The notes below the pieces were generated by a model. It had not been told where the DNA came from. It did not search any database and worked only from the letters and a program-made list of their open reading frames with translations. A program made the translations under genes and the position numbers. DNA of 64,000 nt, taken from Mobula hypostoma. Its lineage: Eukaryota. The stretch is from contig NC_086108.1 of the NCBI RefSeq assembly GCF_963921235.1, positions 75,580,001 to 75,644,000 on the forward strand, written 5' to 3'. This document shows positions 50,005 to 61,750 of this stretch, piece after piece (within the stretch, counting starts at the first letter, position 1; each line of letters begins with the position of its first letter).

Positions 50005-50310
50005 TGATTAGATTGGTTTTATTTGCCACATGCACATTGAAGCATCGAAACGTGCAGTGAGATGTGTCATTTGCGTCGATGATTAACACAAGGGCATGCC
50101 AGCAAGTGTAGCCATGCTCCAGTGCCAACATAACATGCTCACACTGTACTAACCCTAACCCTAACCCTAACCCTTACGTCTTTGCAATGTGGGAGGACCC
50201 ATGCAGTCATGGGGAGAAGATCTTTACAGACAGTGGCAGGAATTGAACTCCAACTGGTGATTGCTGGTATTGTAAAGCATTGTGCTAATGGCTATGCTAT
50301 CGTGCTTCCT
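50005..50310 (-). mobile_element. Degenerate tRNA-headed SINE containing (TTAGGG)4
   Basis: Minus B box GAGTTCAATTCC; 3' part shared with ~8720-8850; TAACCC x4 at 50150-50173. Confidence 0.55.
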
Positions 50311-51009
50311 TACGTCAAGATACACTCAGCGCAACTTGATTAAGTCTAATTAAATCCTCTTGGGTGGGTGTACCTCTGCCAGCTGGGCAAGGGCCATGAT
50401 GTCATTGCCCTGGCTTGTTCTGGCCTATCCAGCTAGAGGGACCAGGTCGCTCCTGAGGCCAGATGCCTTCTTGATGGGTGGGGAATATTTGTCACATATG
50501 AGTGAATATAAAACTGAGGAATGATAGGTATGCAGATGAATTTGAGATTGTAACTACTTACCACTTGCAGGTAATCACTGCCATAATCACCCATACCGAG
50601 CAGCTCACGTTACATTTCCTCATTTCTCCCTGCTTTCTGTGTACTTCTCTTGCGGAAATAAAGATAAGTTTTTCACTTGAGTTACTGGTTGCCATTCTTG
50701 CCCATATTTTTATTGACCTAGTTACTCTGACTTCAGCTTGAAATTTTTATACCCAATATGCCTTCATAATACAGCTGTCAGGATAGGACAGATGGCAGAT
50801 ATCCCAGAACATGCAAGGAAATCAAATAATAGCATTGACACGTCTACCCTTCAAGTGAATCTCTCAGCCAACATCTGCAGCACTGAGGCCTTAGTTTTAC
50901 TTTGCCAGCTCTTTTGGGCAAGACACACTGTTCACACGCCCGACAACTGATTCCCGAAATAGATCCTCTGTCACAGGAGGACATTATCAATCAGACAGGG
51001 GGAAAGATT

Positions 51010-51365
51010 CCAGGAACAGAAAACAACACTCGGGAAGAGCTCATCTGGTCAAGCAACATCTGTGGAGAAAAAAGGCAGATGTCAACATTTCAGGTCAAGA
51101 CCCTACATCAGGACTAAGAGGAAACAGGAAAAACTGCCAGTACGTAGCAGCCCTAGTCAGTGATAGGTGGAGGGTGAATTGAACTGTTGGGCAAGGAGAA
51201 GGTGGGAGGAGATGACAAAGATGAACAAAGGGAGAAAAAATCATAAGTGGACAAGTGAGTGTGTTTGGCAGCAGAAAAACCTCCATCTACATCTGCTATT
51301 TAATGCTGAGTTCTTCTGGCATTTTGTTTTTGGCTCCAGATTTCAGCATCTGCCAACTCATTTGT
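51010..51365. mobile_element. Old Penelope pLTR remnant with inverted tail
   Basis: Minus AGTC-CTGATGT-AGGGTCTTGACCT-GAAATGTT-GAC at 51081-51115; plus-oriented tail at ~51280-51360. Confidence 0.55.
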
Positions 51366-51939
51366 CTGCAAAATACTTAAGGAAGTGTTTAAAGCTTCTT
51401 TGAAGAAATGTATCTTCCCATTGAGTCCTAGGAACTTCTGATTGCTTAAAGTGGAGAAGGAGTATTCAGAATGTAATGAAAACTTTGGATCCATGTAGTA
51501 GGAGCCCTGCTTAAGTTGACTCCATCAATCAACTAAAACTAAGTGGAAGCTAGTCATGGTTTAATCTAGTTTATGATCTCAGGTTTAGGAACTGCATATC
51601 TCAGCGAAAACTATTTCATTGTAATTGGTTGAAGCATAACGCTGTTGCCAGTTGTGTTGAGAGATGCCATGGGTCGATTGCAGAGGGCAGCACACTAGAT
51701 CAGACACCAAATTAGAATAAGCCTAAGCACTAAAAGTCTATGCTAAAAATCAAATTTCTTTTGTGACATAAACACAAAATCCCACTGTTTTGCAAAAAAT
51801 GTCTAATTTACAGAGGGCCAGCATAGCAAGCATTGCTAATCAGCATTTAATGTTTCTTCTAAAAATGCTAGCAGTTGCCCTGGTCTCATTCTCTGCACAT
51901 TTAGGTTTTCCATGACAAGCGCACATGCGGAGAACTCAC

Positions 51940-51943
51940 CAGC
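51940..51943 (-). other. Candidate 4-nt microexon, or strong 3' splice site, of an unidentified host gene
   Basis: Minus strand: CTCTAAT branch-like motif, long pyrimidine tract, 114 nt free of AG, TACAG|GCTG|GTGAGT. Confidence 0.4.
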
Positions 51944-52938
51944 CTGTAGGTAGGAAAGGAAAAGGAACAGTAAAGAAGAAAATAGGAGACAAAAAGAAAA
52001 ACAACGATTAGAGTGTATCGGTAGGAAATGTGCAGAAAGAAGGAAAAGTAAGCAGAGAACTAAAATAGTAAAGCCACAGACATTGGAGGAGAGAAACGAG
52101 GATTGACAGACAGGAAACAAGTAGCCAGAAGCAGTGATTTCCCAGACTGTAAAATGTGCAAGATAGTTGAAGCATTTAAGCATGGGGGTATAAATACTGT
52201 ATGTTCATGCATCGTATTTTGTAATGTGCTACAGATCTACATGTTTACACACTTCTTTTTTTTATATAATTTTTATTGAGTTTTCAAAGTGACACTTCTG
52301 ACTGCACCTAAGTGCCTCACGTAAGTTGTCATAATGTCCCATGTGATTCTGTACTTGCACACACCTGATGCACACAAACTGTGCAAAAGTAACATCAATC
52401 GTTGTGCAAAGCTTATTTGATATGTCCTCTGCCACTATGTCCCACTTGTACACATAAGGTAGTCCATGCACAGGAAATCAGCGTGAGGCAGCAGGAAGAA
52501 GACTAGAACCATACAAATAAATCTTCAATTATTTGCAGATTGCTGGGGACTCACTTTCAGAAAAGTTTACTTTATACTTTGATCTGTATTTTAGAGCTGC
52601 TCATCACAGAAAATGTTTCCACTCAGTGACACGAAAGTACTGCATCTCCTCATGGAAGCTTGTTTCAGTGGTGTCTCTGTTGGGTCTTTAGCCTGATGAG
52701 GAGTTGGTGGAGGGGATTTAAACAGAAAGCTCACTTACAACAATTGCTCAGTGGAGGAGGGAGAAGACTGCTGATCAGGAAGGCTCAATCCCCAAGAGCC
52801 GTCCATGGGAACCATTCCAATATTGACATGACCAAGAAGCAATGTACACTAAAGTTAAGACTGATAGAAATTGGCGTGAGAAACTTGGTGAAAATTTGAT
52901 AATATGCTCACTGAACTTGACCACATCTTGTACTGCAA

Positions 52939-54305
52939 GAAGATGGTGCCAGTGAAAATACAACCAAGGGCGTCATCCTGCAGACAGATCATGAAACTAC
53001 TTCTTCTATGTCTTCTTTTCCTTTCAAGTGTGGTTCTGCTACTGTTGGAGCCTGTGATCTACGACTTGATGGTGTGTTTTTGGGCTGATTGAGTGATCTG
53101 GCACTTTGTTGTCTCCAAGGGGATTCTGAGGGGTGCCTAAGACAGACATCCCACCCTACAAAAACTCATTTCAGGGAGGTAGCACCATCAATTTGTGGGA
53201 GATTCCCACAACTCAGGAGAGGTGGGATGTCTGCAATAGAGTAGCTCCTTAGCAGCTGGCCAGCTAGTTTAAATAATGTTAGCTATGCTAATGAACGAAT
53301 GACACCTGTTAAACTCACCTCAACATGTCTTTTACAGTCTTAACCCACCATGGGCAATAGAAAAATCACTGTTGCAAAGAGCGCAGCGAGCAACACCGTC
53401 ATTATTTTTGATCCCTATTAGGCAGGGGTACACTTTAGTGTAGTCTGGGGTGACGTATGTTTTATATTTTCTTTTTTTGGAACACTCTGCATTGGCGCTC
53501 TCTCTCCCTCTCTCTCGCTCGCTCGCGCTCGCTCTCTCTCGCACTCCCTCTCACTCGCTCACTCTCAAAAAAATCAATTTCTGGGATATTGTATATAATT
53601 TGCGGGCATCAGGGAGCCACTATCAATATGCAGGAGACTCCCAGGAGAGGTGGGATGTCTACTAAGAAGACTGGAGATGGGGCACGAGCCCATGACTGTC
53701 TCCATTTCTTGCCGATCTCCCTGATTAAAGAGCCAAAGAAGATTGAAATCAGAGGCGTGCAGAAGGTGAGAGAGTGCTCAGTGCCATCTACCAATCTGTC
53801 CTCACTGCTGCCAGAGGAAGGTGTCTGGATGTGATGGCCTCTCTCTCTCTCTCACTCATTGCTCCCGGAGGAAGACCTCTGCGCTTGCATGGTCTCTCTC
53901 TCTCTCCTTCAATGCTGTCGGAGGATGGTGCCAGAGTTCTTGGTAAAGTTTAATCACTGTGGTTTGTGGATTGGACCCAGTATTTCACGTTACGATGTGT
54001 TTCTGGTTTCTGGTCATTCTTCTTTCTACTGTTATTCTGGATGACTTTGAATCGGGACGGCCTGCAGATAACAAAAATGCTGTACTGAATATGCCTGGAC
54101 TTGGTTTTTTACATTGTGTTTCTCGCTCTTTTTTTTGTTGCTGGTTGCACGATTTGTTTTGTTGTTTATATGTGGTGGGGGGGAGGGTTTGATGTTTTTT
54201 TGAACGGTTCCCTGGTTTTCTTTGTTTCGTGGCTGTCTATAGGGAAGATGAACTCAGGGTTGTATACTGCATACGTACTTTGATAGTAAATGTGTGTTGA
54301 ATTTG
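52939..54305 (+). mobile_element. Non-autonomous Rex1-related element hosting the hAT insertion
   Basis: Starts AAGATGGTGCC and ends with the Rex1-like 3' UTR (ATGAACTCAGGGTTGTATA..TACTTTGATAGTAAA); no ORF. Confidence 0.5.
53143..53660 (-). mobile_element. Non-autonomous hAT-like DNA transposon with BED-finger remnant
   Basis: TIRs AGACATCCCACC/GGTGGGATGTCT; imperfect 8-bp TSD CCTAAGAC/ACTAAGAA; minus YPCL..ARCALCNSDFSIAHGG..DCKRH. Confidence 0.75.
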
Positions 54306-55669
54306 ATGTATGAAGTCTTAACGTATTGACTCCACTTCTAAAGACATATCTCTGACCAGAAACCTGCTGCCTAGGTAATCTTCTTCATCATCACTTTCTT
54401 CTTCTTTTTCTCTTTCTGATTTTTTCTCACTCCCCACAGATGAGGCTATACTTTCTGCTTCAATTTGTTTCTTATTTTTTTCTTTTCTGTCTCCAGCTGC
54501 CAGTTAATAAAGGAATTGTTACCTTTATCAAATTAGGCACACTGATGACATTCCCTCTTTGCTCTCCAATTCCCCCTCTCTCTCTCTGCAATTAAAAACA
54601 CACTTGTCCTTCTTGTGTTGATGAAGGGCCTTTGATCCAAAATATAATAACACAAATTTAACATTGGTCCTAAAGGCTTGACTTCCTTTGATCAGTGGAT
54701 TCAGTTATCCATAAATAAAATAAAGTAGACTGGATTTTCAAAATCCTGAAAATCCAACTTGAATAATATTGCTAAAGTAGCAAACTCAGCTGCTTACATG
54801 ATTTTCATAAAGTATCCACACTGGAAAATTCACATCCAAAGATGTAAAAAGATTCATATGTAACGTATACCTCAGGAGTTTTAAGCATGATGGAAAAGTT
54901 GAAAACTCAGGACTTAAAAGACTGACACCTGGCTGTGTGGGTTTTCCAAGTACTGGACAGCCTTGTGGTAACTGCTGTTACTGGACGGCTTGTGGACCGA
55001 GAGAAGCTGGTGTTCTTGCTTTTCGCCAGTGGAGCTTCTTCTCTGCAATCAGCCAATGCCCCAACACTGGACACCTCCCTAGAGTGTGGACATGCACAAG
55101 ATCTGGGCCTCCACCTCCCAGCACAGGACACCGGATGGTACTTCATGACCTCTAGCAGCCATGGCTTTTTCTAGAACTGTACCCGCTAGACAGGGAACCA
55201 AGACCGTTTATTAGTCTGGCTTCTGGGCAGAGAACCGGTGGAAATAAGGTGCACAAAATACAGATAAACCTTTCCAGAAAGGTAGGTCTTCTGAGCTTTG
55301 TGATGAGACTCCTACATCCCAGTCACTTACTCAATTCTGCACTAGCACTACAAATTTTCCCAGGGTCTTATCCGATCTGTAGTGCAGCATGTTTGGGACA
55401 GTTTGCCCGATAATGCTCAGGACTTCGAAGAAACAATTCTCATCTGTGCTTAGCAACTACCATTGTTGTTTATTTAATATTTCAGTTGCATTTGAGTAGG
55501 ATTGTGAAAATATTGTATGATTAGGCATTCTTGTTCATTTAAATAATTCATTACAGGTTATATGTAAAAATAAGTGAATTGCATACGTCATGACACTACC
55601 ACATGATATTTGCACATTTCACTTAAAGTAAACACAAAGCTTGGCTCACACTTCAGGCTCTCGTCTTTT

Positions 55670-57602
55670 CCTAGTGTATTATGCTTGAACAAGGGAGGCT
55701 ACAACAGGATGAGGGAGGAGTTGGCTGATGTGGATTGGGAGCACAGGCTATTTGGTAGGACAGTTGAGGAACAGTGGAATACTTTCAAAGAGATTTTTCA
55801 CAGTGCTCAACAAAGGTATATTCTGGTCAAAAGTAAGGACAGTAAGTATGGGGAGAGCCAGCCTTGGATAACTAAAGAAATAAAAGATTGCATCAAATTA
55901 AAAGCTCAAGTGTACAAAGTTGCAAAGACTAGTGGGAGACTGGAGGATTGGGAAAACTTTAAAAAGCAACAAAGAACAACTAAACAAGAAATAAGGAAAG
56001 GGAAGATAAAGTATGAAAGTAAATTAGCGCAAAATATAAAAACAGATAACAAAAGTTTTTATAAATATATAAAGCAGAAGAGGGTGGCTAAAGTCAACAT
56101 AGGTCCCTTGGAAGATGAGAAGGGAAAATTGCTATTGAGTGATAAGAAAATGGCTGAGGCATTGAACGACTATTTTGTGCCGGTCTTCATGGTGGAGGAC
56201 ATGAGTAGTATGCCAAAGAAGGATGTTATGGACGAAATGGGAGGTGAGGACCTTGATAAAATCACTGTCACTAAAGAGATAGTGATGAGCAAACTAGAGG
56301 GCCTGAAGGTAGATAAGTCCCCTGGTCCTGATGGGATGCATCCCAGGGTGCTGAGGGAATTGGCAGAGGTTATAGTAGACACGTTGGTAATCATTTACCA
56401 AAACTCTCTAGACTCTGGACAGGTCCCGGCGGATTGGAAGACAGCAAATGTCACGCCACTTTTAAAAAAAAAGGATGTAGGCAAAAGACAGGCAACTATA
56501 GGCCGATTAGCTTAACATCTGTAGTCAGGAAAATGCTTGAAGCTGTCATTAAGGAAGAAATAGCGAAACATTTAGAAAGGAGTGGTTCCATTAGACAAAC
56601 GCAGCATGGATTCAGAAAGGGCAGGTCCTGTCTGACAAATTTACTGGAGTTCTTTGAGAACATAATGAGTACAGTGGATAGAGGGGAACAGGTGGATGTC
56701 GTATACTTGGATTTCCAGAAGGCATTCACTAAGGTGCCGCACAAGAGACTTATAAATTAGATACAGATGCATGGAGTCGGAGGAAGTGTATTGGCATGGA
56801 TAGTGGATTGGTTAACCATAAGAAGGCAGAGAGTTGGTATAAATGGGTGTTTCTCCAGCTAACGGTCAGTGATGAGTGGGGTGCCGCAGGGGTTGGTGCT
56901 GGACCCGCAGCTGTTTACCATTTACATTGATGATTTGGAAGAGGGGACTGAGTGTAGCATAGCAACATTTGCTGATGATACTAAACTGAGTGGAAAAGCA
57001 AATTGTACAGAGGATGTGGAGAGTCTGCAGAGGGATATGGATAGGTTAAGTGAGTGGGCCAGTTCTGGTCTCCATACTTGAGGAAAGGTATATTGACTTT
57101 GGAAGCAGTGCAGAGGAGGTTCACCAGGTTGATTCCAGGGATGAAGGGGTTAACCTATGAGGAGAGATTGAGTCGCCTGGGACTATTCTCTCTGGAGTTC
57201 AGAAGAATGAGAGGGGATGTCATAGAAACATGCAAAATTTTGAAAGGGATAGATAAAATAGAAGTAGGAAAGTTGTTTCCATTGGTAGGTGATACTATAA
57301 CTAGGGGACATTGCCTCAAGATTCAGGGGAGAAGAGTTAGGATGAAGATGAAGAGAAACTGTTTTTCCCAGGTGAATCTGTGGAGTTCTCTGCCCAGGGT
57401 AGCAGTTGAGGCTTCCTCACTAAATATATTTAAGAAACAGTTAGATAGATTTTTACATAGTAAGGGAATTAAGGGTTATGGGGAAAAGACAGGTAGATGG
57501 AGCTGAGTTTACGGACAGATCAGCCACGGTCTCATTGGATGGAGGGGCAGGCTCAGTGGGCCAGATGGCCTACTCCTGCTCCTATTTCTTACATTCTTAT
57601 AA
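55670..57602 (+). mobile_element. CR1 LINE ORF2 portion plus 3' tail, frameshifted and internally deleted
   Basis: KSPGPDGMHPRVL, NYRPISLTS, YLDFQKAF, TFADD; deletion at ~57060; CTTACATTCTTAT tail. Confidence 0.88.
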
Positions 57603-57729
57603 GGATTAGGGCCCAAATTTCTATACATCATATTCGAAACAACGGAATTGAATTTTGGTAAAAGCATTTTCTCTTCCATTACCATGAATGCTTGTAACAA
57701 TGATTAGTTCTTTTACAGACAACACAAAA

Positions 57730-58580
57730 AAAATGGCAGAGTTGTGGATTGTGAGGAAGATTTCAAAAGGATTAAGAAGGATATAGACCAGCTGGAAATG
57801 TGAGCAGAAAATTTATGGAGTTTAATGTAGATAAATGTGAGCTCTGGCATTGTGGATGGTCAAATGCAAGAGAAAATGATACAGTAATTGACAGGACCCT
57901 TAGGAGTACTGATGGGAGATTTTGGAACACAAGTCCATAGTTCCTTGAAAGTGGCCCACAAGTAGATAGTAGTAAAAGCAGCCGATGGCATATTTGCCTT
58001 GATCAATCATGGTGTGGAGTATAAAATTGGATAAGTCTTGTTGCAGTTGTATAAAACTTTGCTTAGACTACAATTTGAATTTTTGCTGCATTGTAGGAAT
58101 TATATGTAGTGGCTTTGGAGACAGTGCAGAAGAGGCTTACCTTGATTATAGAATACTAGCTATTAAGAGAGGATGGACAATCGTGGATTATATTCCCTCA
58201 GGTGTTGAAGGCCGAAGGGTGACATGATAGAAGCATGTAAAGTTATGAGAGGCATAGATAGTGTGGAAAGGCAGAGTCCTTTTCTCAGCGTGGATATGCC
58301 AAATACCAGAGGGCATAGCTTTAAGGTGAGAGAGGGAAAGTTTAAAAGAGATTTATGAGGAAAGTGTTTTTTTCACACAGAGCAATAGGTGCCTGGAATG
58401 CACTGGCAGGGGAGGTGGAAGAAGCAGATGTGATAATAATGTTTAAGAGGATTTTGGACAAGCATATGAATAGGCAGGAAATAAAGTGATACAGATATTT
58501 CTTGCAGGCAGATGGGATTAGTTAGATTAGCATGGTCAGCACAGGTAACGTGGACTGAAGGGCCTGATATTCTGTGTTAT
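57730..58580 (+). mobile_element. Degenerate CR1 3' portion
   Basis: CR1 RT C-terminal remnants and GGACTGAAGGGCCTG 3' UTR. Confidence 0.65.
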
Positions 58581-59324
58581 AATGCTATTCATCGCAATCA
58601 GTTCTGGCCAAATATAATCCTGCCTCTTGTGAGCTGCCAGCAGCATTGATCAGTTGAGAAAAGAATAACTCCATGTTTTAGAATCGTGCATCCCTCCTCC
58701 GTCAGAGAAAAGGCTGCTGAATTTTCCAGGCTTCACTTCCAAGGCTGGTGAGGTTTGTCACTGTGCATCGGGAGGTTTTTAAAAAGAGAAACAGTGGTAG
58801 CAAATCTAAAGATTCATCATACTTATTTGCATTAGTCTTTTAAAATGGTGTCATTTTACTAGAGGGTAGTTAAATTGTTGTATTTAAAAAAACTTAATAG
58901 TACCTAAATAAGCCAAAATGAAACTCATTGACAAAACTGACACTTTAGCCTCTTATGATATATAAAAAAATGAAAACAGATGGTGGTGAGTGTCAAAAAG
59001 CACTCTTGATAGGATTTATACCTGTGAGACAGGATCACAGCCTCCACGGTGCACTTAAGCAAGAATATTATACAGGGGTTTGGATGATGCTAACAACCAT
59101 TGAACAAAAACAAATGCATTTTGAGGTTGCTCGCTGAAATGGATTACTACAATATTAACAGAACAGAGCACGTTCATACAAAATTCTTTCCAGAGATTTA
59201 GGATCAAGAGATACTTGGAATGAAGAGATAGAAGTTGCATTCTCTCAGTGCAGTGAGAAAGAATAATAAAAAAAGATTTTCTTTCATTTAAGTCAAAGGT
59301 CTGCCTATAGACAAGAGAGATGAG

Positions 59325-59745
59325 ACCACAAGACATAGAGGCAGAATTAGGTCATTTAGCCGAGTCTGCTCTGCCATTCCATCATGGCTGATTTATTATT
59401 CCTCTCAACCATTCTCCTGCCCTCTCCCTGTTAATGTTTAACACCCTTACTAATCAAGAACCTATCAACCTCCACTTTAAATATTCCCAATGACTTGGCC
59501 TGCACAGCCACCTGTGGTAATGAATTCCAGATTCACCACCTTATGGCTAAAGAAATTCATCCTTTTTTCTGTTCTAAGGCTGTGCCCTCCAGTCCTAGGC
59601 TGCTCCATTACAGGAAACATCTTCTCCACATCCACTTTATCTAGGCCTTTCAATATTCAGTAGTTTTCAATGAGATCTCCCCTCATTCTTCTCAACTCCA
59701 GGGACTGCAGACCCAGAGCCATCAAATGCTTCTCATACTGTACGT
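59325..59745 (-). mobile_element. CR1 3' end fragment
   Basis: Similar to 11258-11680. Confidence 0.7.
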
Positions 59746-60169
59746 TAACACAAAGCGTATATCCTTGGGATGACGCAGAAGAGGAACACCATCTCACTTA
59801 GTATCACATAACCAGCTTTTCAATCTTGGAATATTAGTACAAATCAGCTCTTTATTATAAGGTGTTTTCCACAGTAAAATTACACTCAAACCATAACCTA
59901 TGGTACTCATTACCTATACCAAGATCATTGGATGGTGACATCTTCAGTGCAGAGGTACAACTTTCAAGGTGGATTTTGCAGTCAATGGTTGAAGGGTGCA
60001 ATGCACTGCTAACCAACATAAAGCTTTCCTACCACAATAGAAGGGGCTCTTGTATATCAGTCTCCCTTATCTTGTCGTGGATTTGAACCTGCAGCTAGAT
60101 TCAAGGTGTTTGTTTTGAGCAGCAATCGTGAAATCATCAAGTAGCTTAATCAGTCAAGAATGCAAAACC

Positions 60170-61750
60170 TACATAGGCAGCAATCGAGGAAGTAAAATGC
60201 ATGATCTTGTTTCACTTCATAGCTGCTTTACCAAAACGGAAACAAAGATCATTCTTCCTGAGGGTAAACCCACAGAAAGCAACTGGCCCAGACGGTTCTC
60301 TACCCATGAACTTAGATCCTGTGCAGATCAGTGGTGGGGTATCTACAGACATTTTTAATCTCTCACTGTTTCAATCTGAGGTTCCCATCTGCTTTAAAAA
60401 GATTACTATCATCACAGTATCTATGATTAACAAATTAATGCCCCTTTATGACTACTGCCCAGTGGTTCTGACTTCCACCATCATAAAGTGCTTCAAGAGA
60501 CTAGTCAATGTACCATTAACTCCAGCCTTCCTGACCCTTTGCAATTTGCCTACCACCAAAACAGGTCTATGGCAGACAACTTCTCTCTGGCCCTACACTC
60601 ATCTGTGGAGCATATAGACATTAAAGGCACCTATGTTAGTCTATTGTTTGTTAGACTACAGCTCCACCTTCAATACTATAATTCCAACAAACGCACCTCC
60701 AAACTCTCAGACCTTTACCACTGGACCCTCGACTTCCTGACCAACAGATCACAATGAGCAAGGGTACGAAAGAACACCTCCATCATAACACTGATATCCA
60801 CAAGGCATGTCCTCAGCCCCTTGCTCTACTCCCTATACACAACTACATGACCAGATTCTGCCATAACTCCAGTTATAAAATTGTCGATGGTAGTAAGCTG
60901 TATCCAAATCAAGTCAGAGTACTGAAAGGAAATAGAGTACCTAGTGACATGGTGTCATGACAAGAACCTTTCCCACAATGTCAGCAATACAAAAGAGCTG
61001 GTCAGTAATTCAGGAAGAGGGCAGTACACATGCTCTATTAGACATTAGTGACGCTGTGGTTGATTGGGTTGAGAGCTTCAAACTCCTCAGAGTGAACTTC
61101 ACCAATAGTATGTCCTGGTCCAACCACATTGACACAGATGAAGAAAACTCACCAACTTGTCAACTTCCTCAGGAGGCTAAAGAAATTTGGCATATTCCCT
61201 TTGACCCTCACCAATTTATAATCAATGAGCTATATAAAGCATTTTATTGGGATGCATCATGGCTTAGTATGACATCTACTCTGCCTGTGACCACAAAAAA
61301 ACTGCAGGAAGTTGTGGACTCAGCTCGGCACATTGTGGAAATCAACTTCCCCTCCTTGGACTCTGTCTACACTTCTTACTGTCTCAGTACAGCAATGAGC
61401 TAATCACACCCACGCCACCCATCAGACAGAAAATTCAAAAGCCTGAAAGTTTGTACCACCAGATTCAAAGATAGTTTTTACCCTACAGTTATAAAACTAT
61501 TGACTGTTTCTCAAGTATGATGAGATAGACCTTAAAATTTACCTCCTTGGGACCTTGCACCTTACCATCTACCTACACTGAACCTTCTCTGTACTGTACC
61601 ACTTTAGTCTACGCTCCGTTATTGTTTTGCCTTGTACTATCTCAATGCACTTTTGCAATGAATTGATCTGTATGGATGGTAAGACAAGTTTTTCCCACTG
61701 TACCTCAGTATGTGTCAATAATAAACCAATTTACTAATTTAATTTACCAA
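60170..61750 (+). mobile_element. Degenerate Rex1/Babar-like LINE
   Basis: VNPQKATGPDG, DYCPVVLTSTIIKCFKRLV, DPLQFAY, LDFLTNRSQ; (AATAAACCAATTT)-type tail. Confidence 0.78.

Noticed and set aside
54610..54650. Additional hammerhead-like TTGATGAAGGGCC..AAAATAT
   Set aside because: Core and stem I too degenerate to count
54871..55200. GC-richer segment with ORFs on both strands and a faint Myb/SANT resemblance
   Set aside because: Similarity too weak to support; no family assignable
55464..55670. Possible solo LTR starting TGTTG
   Set aside because: No matching CA end or TSD could be located
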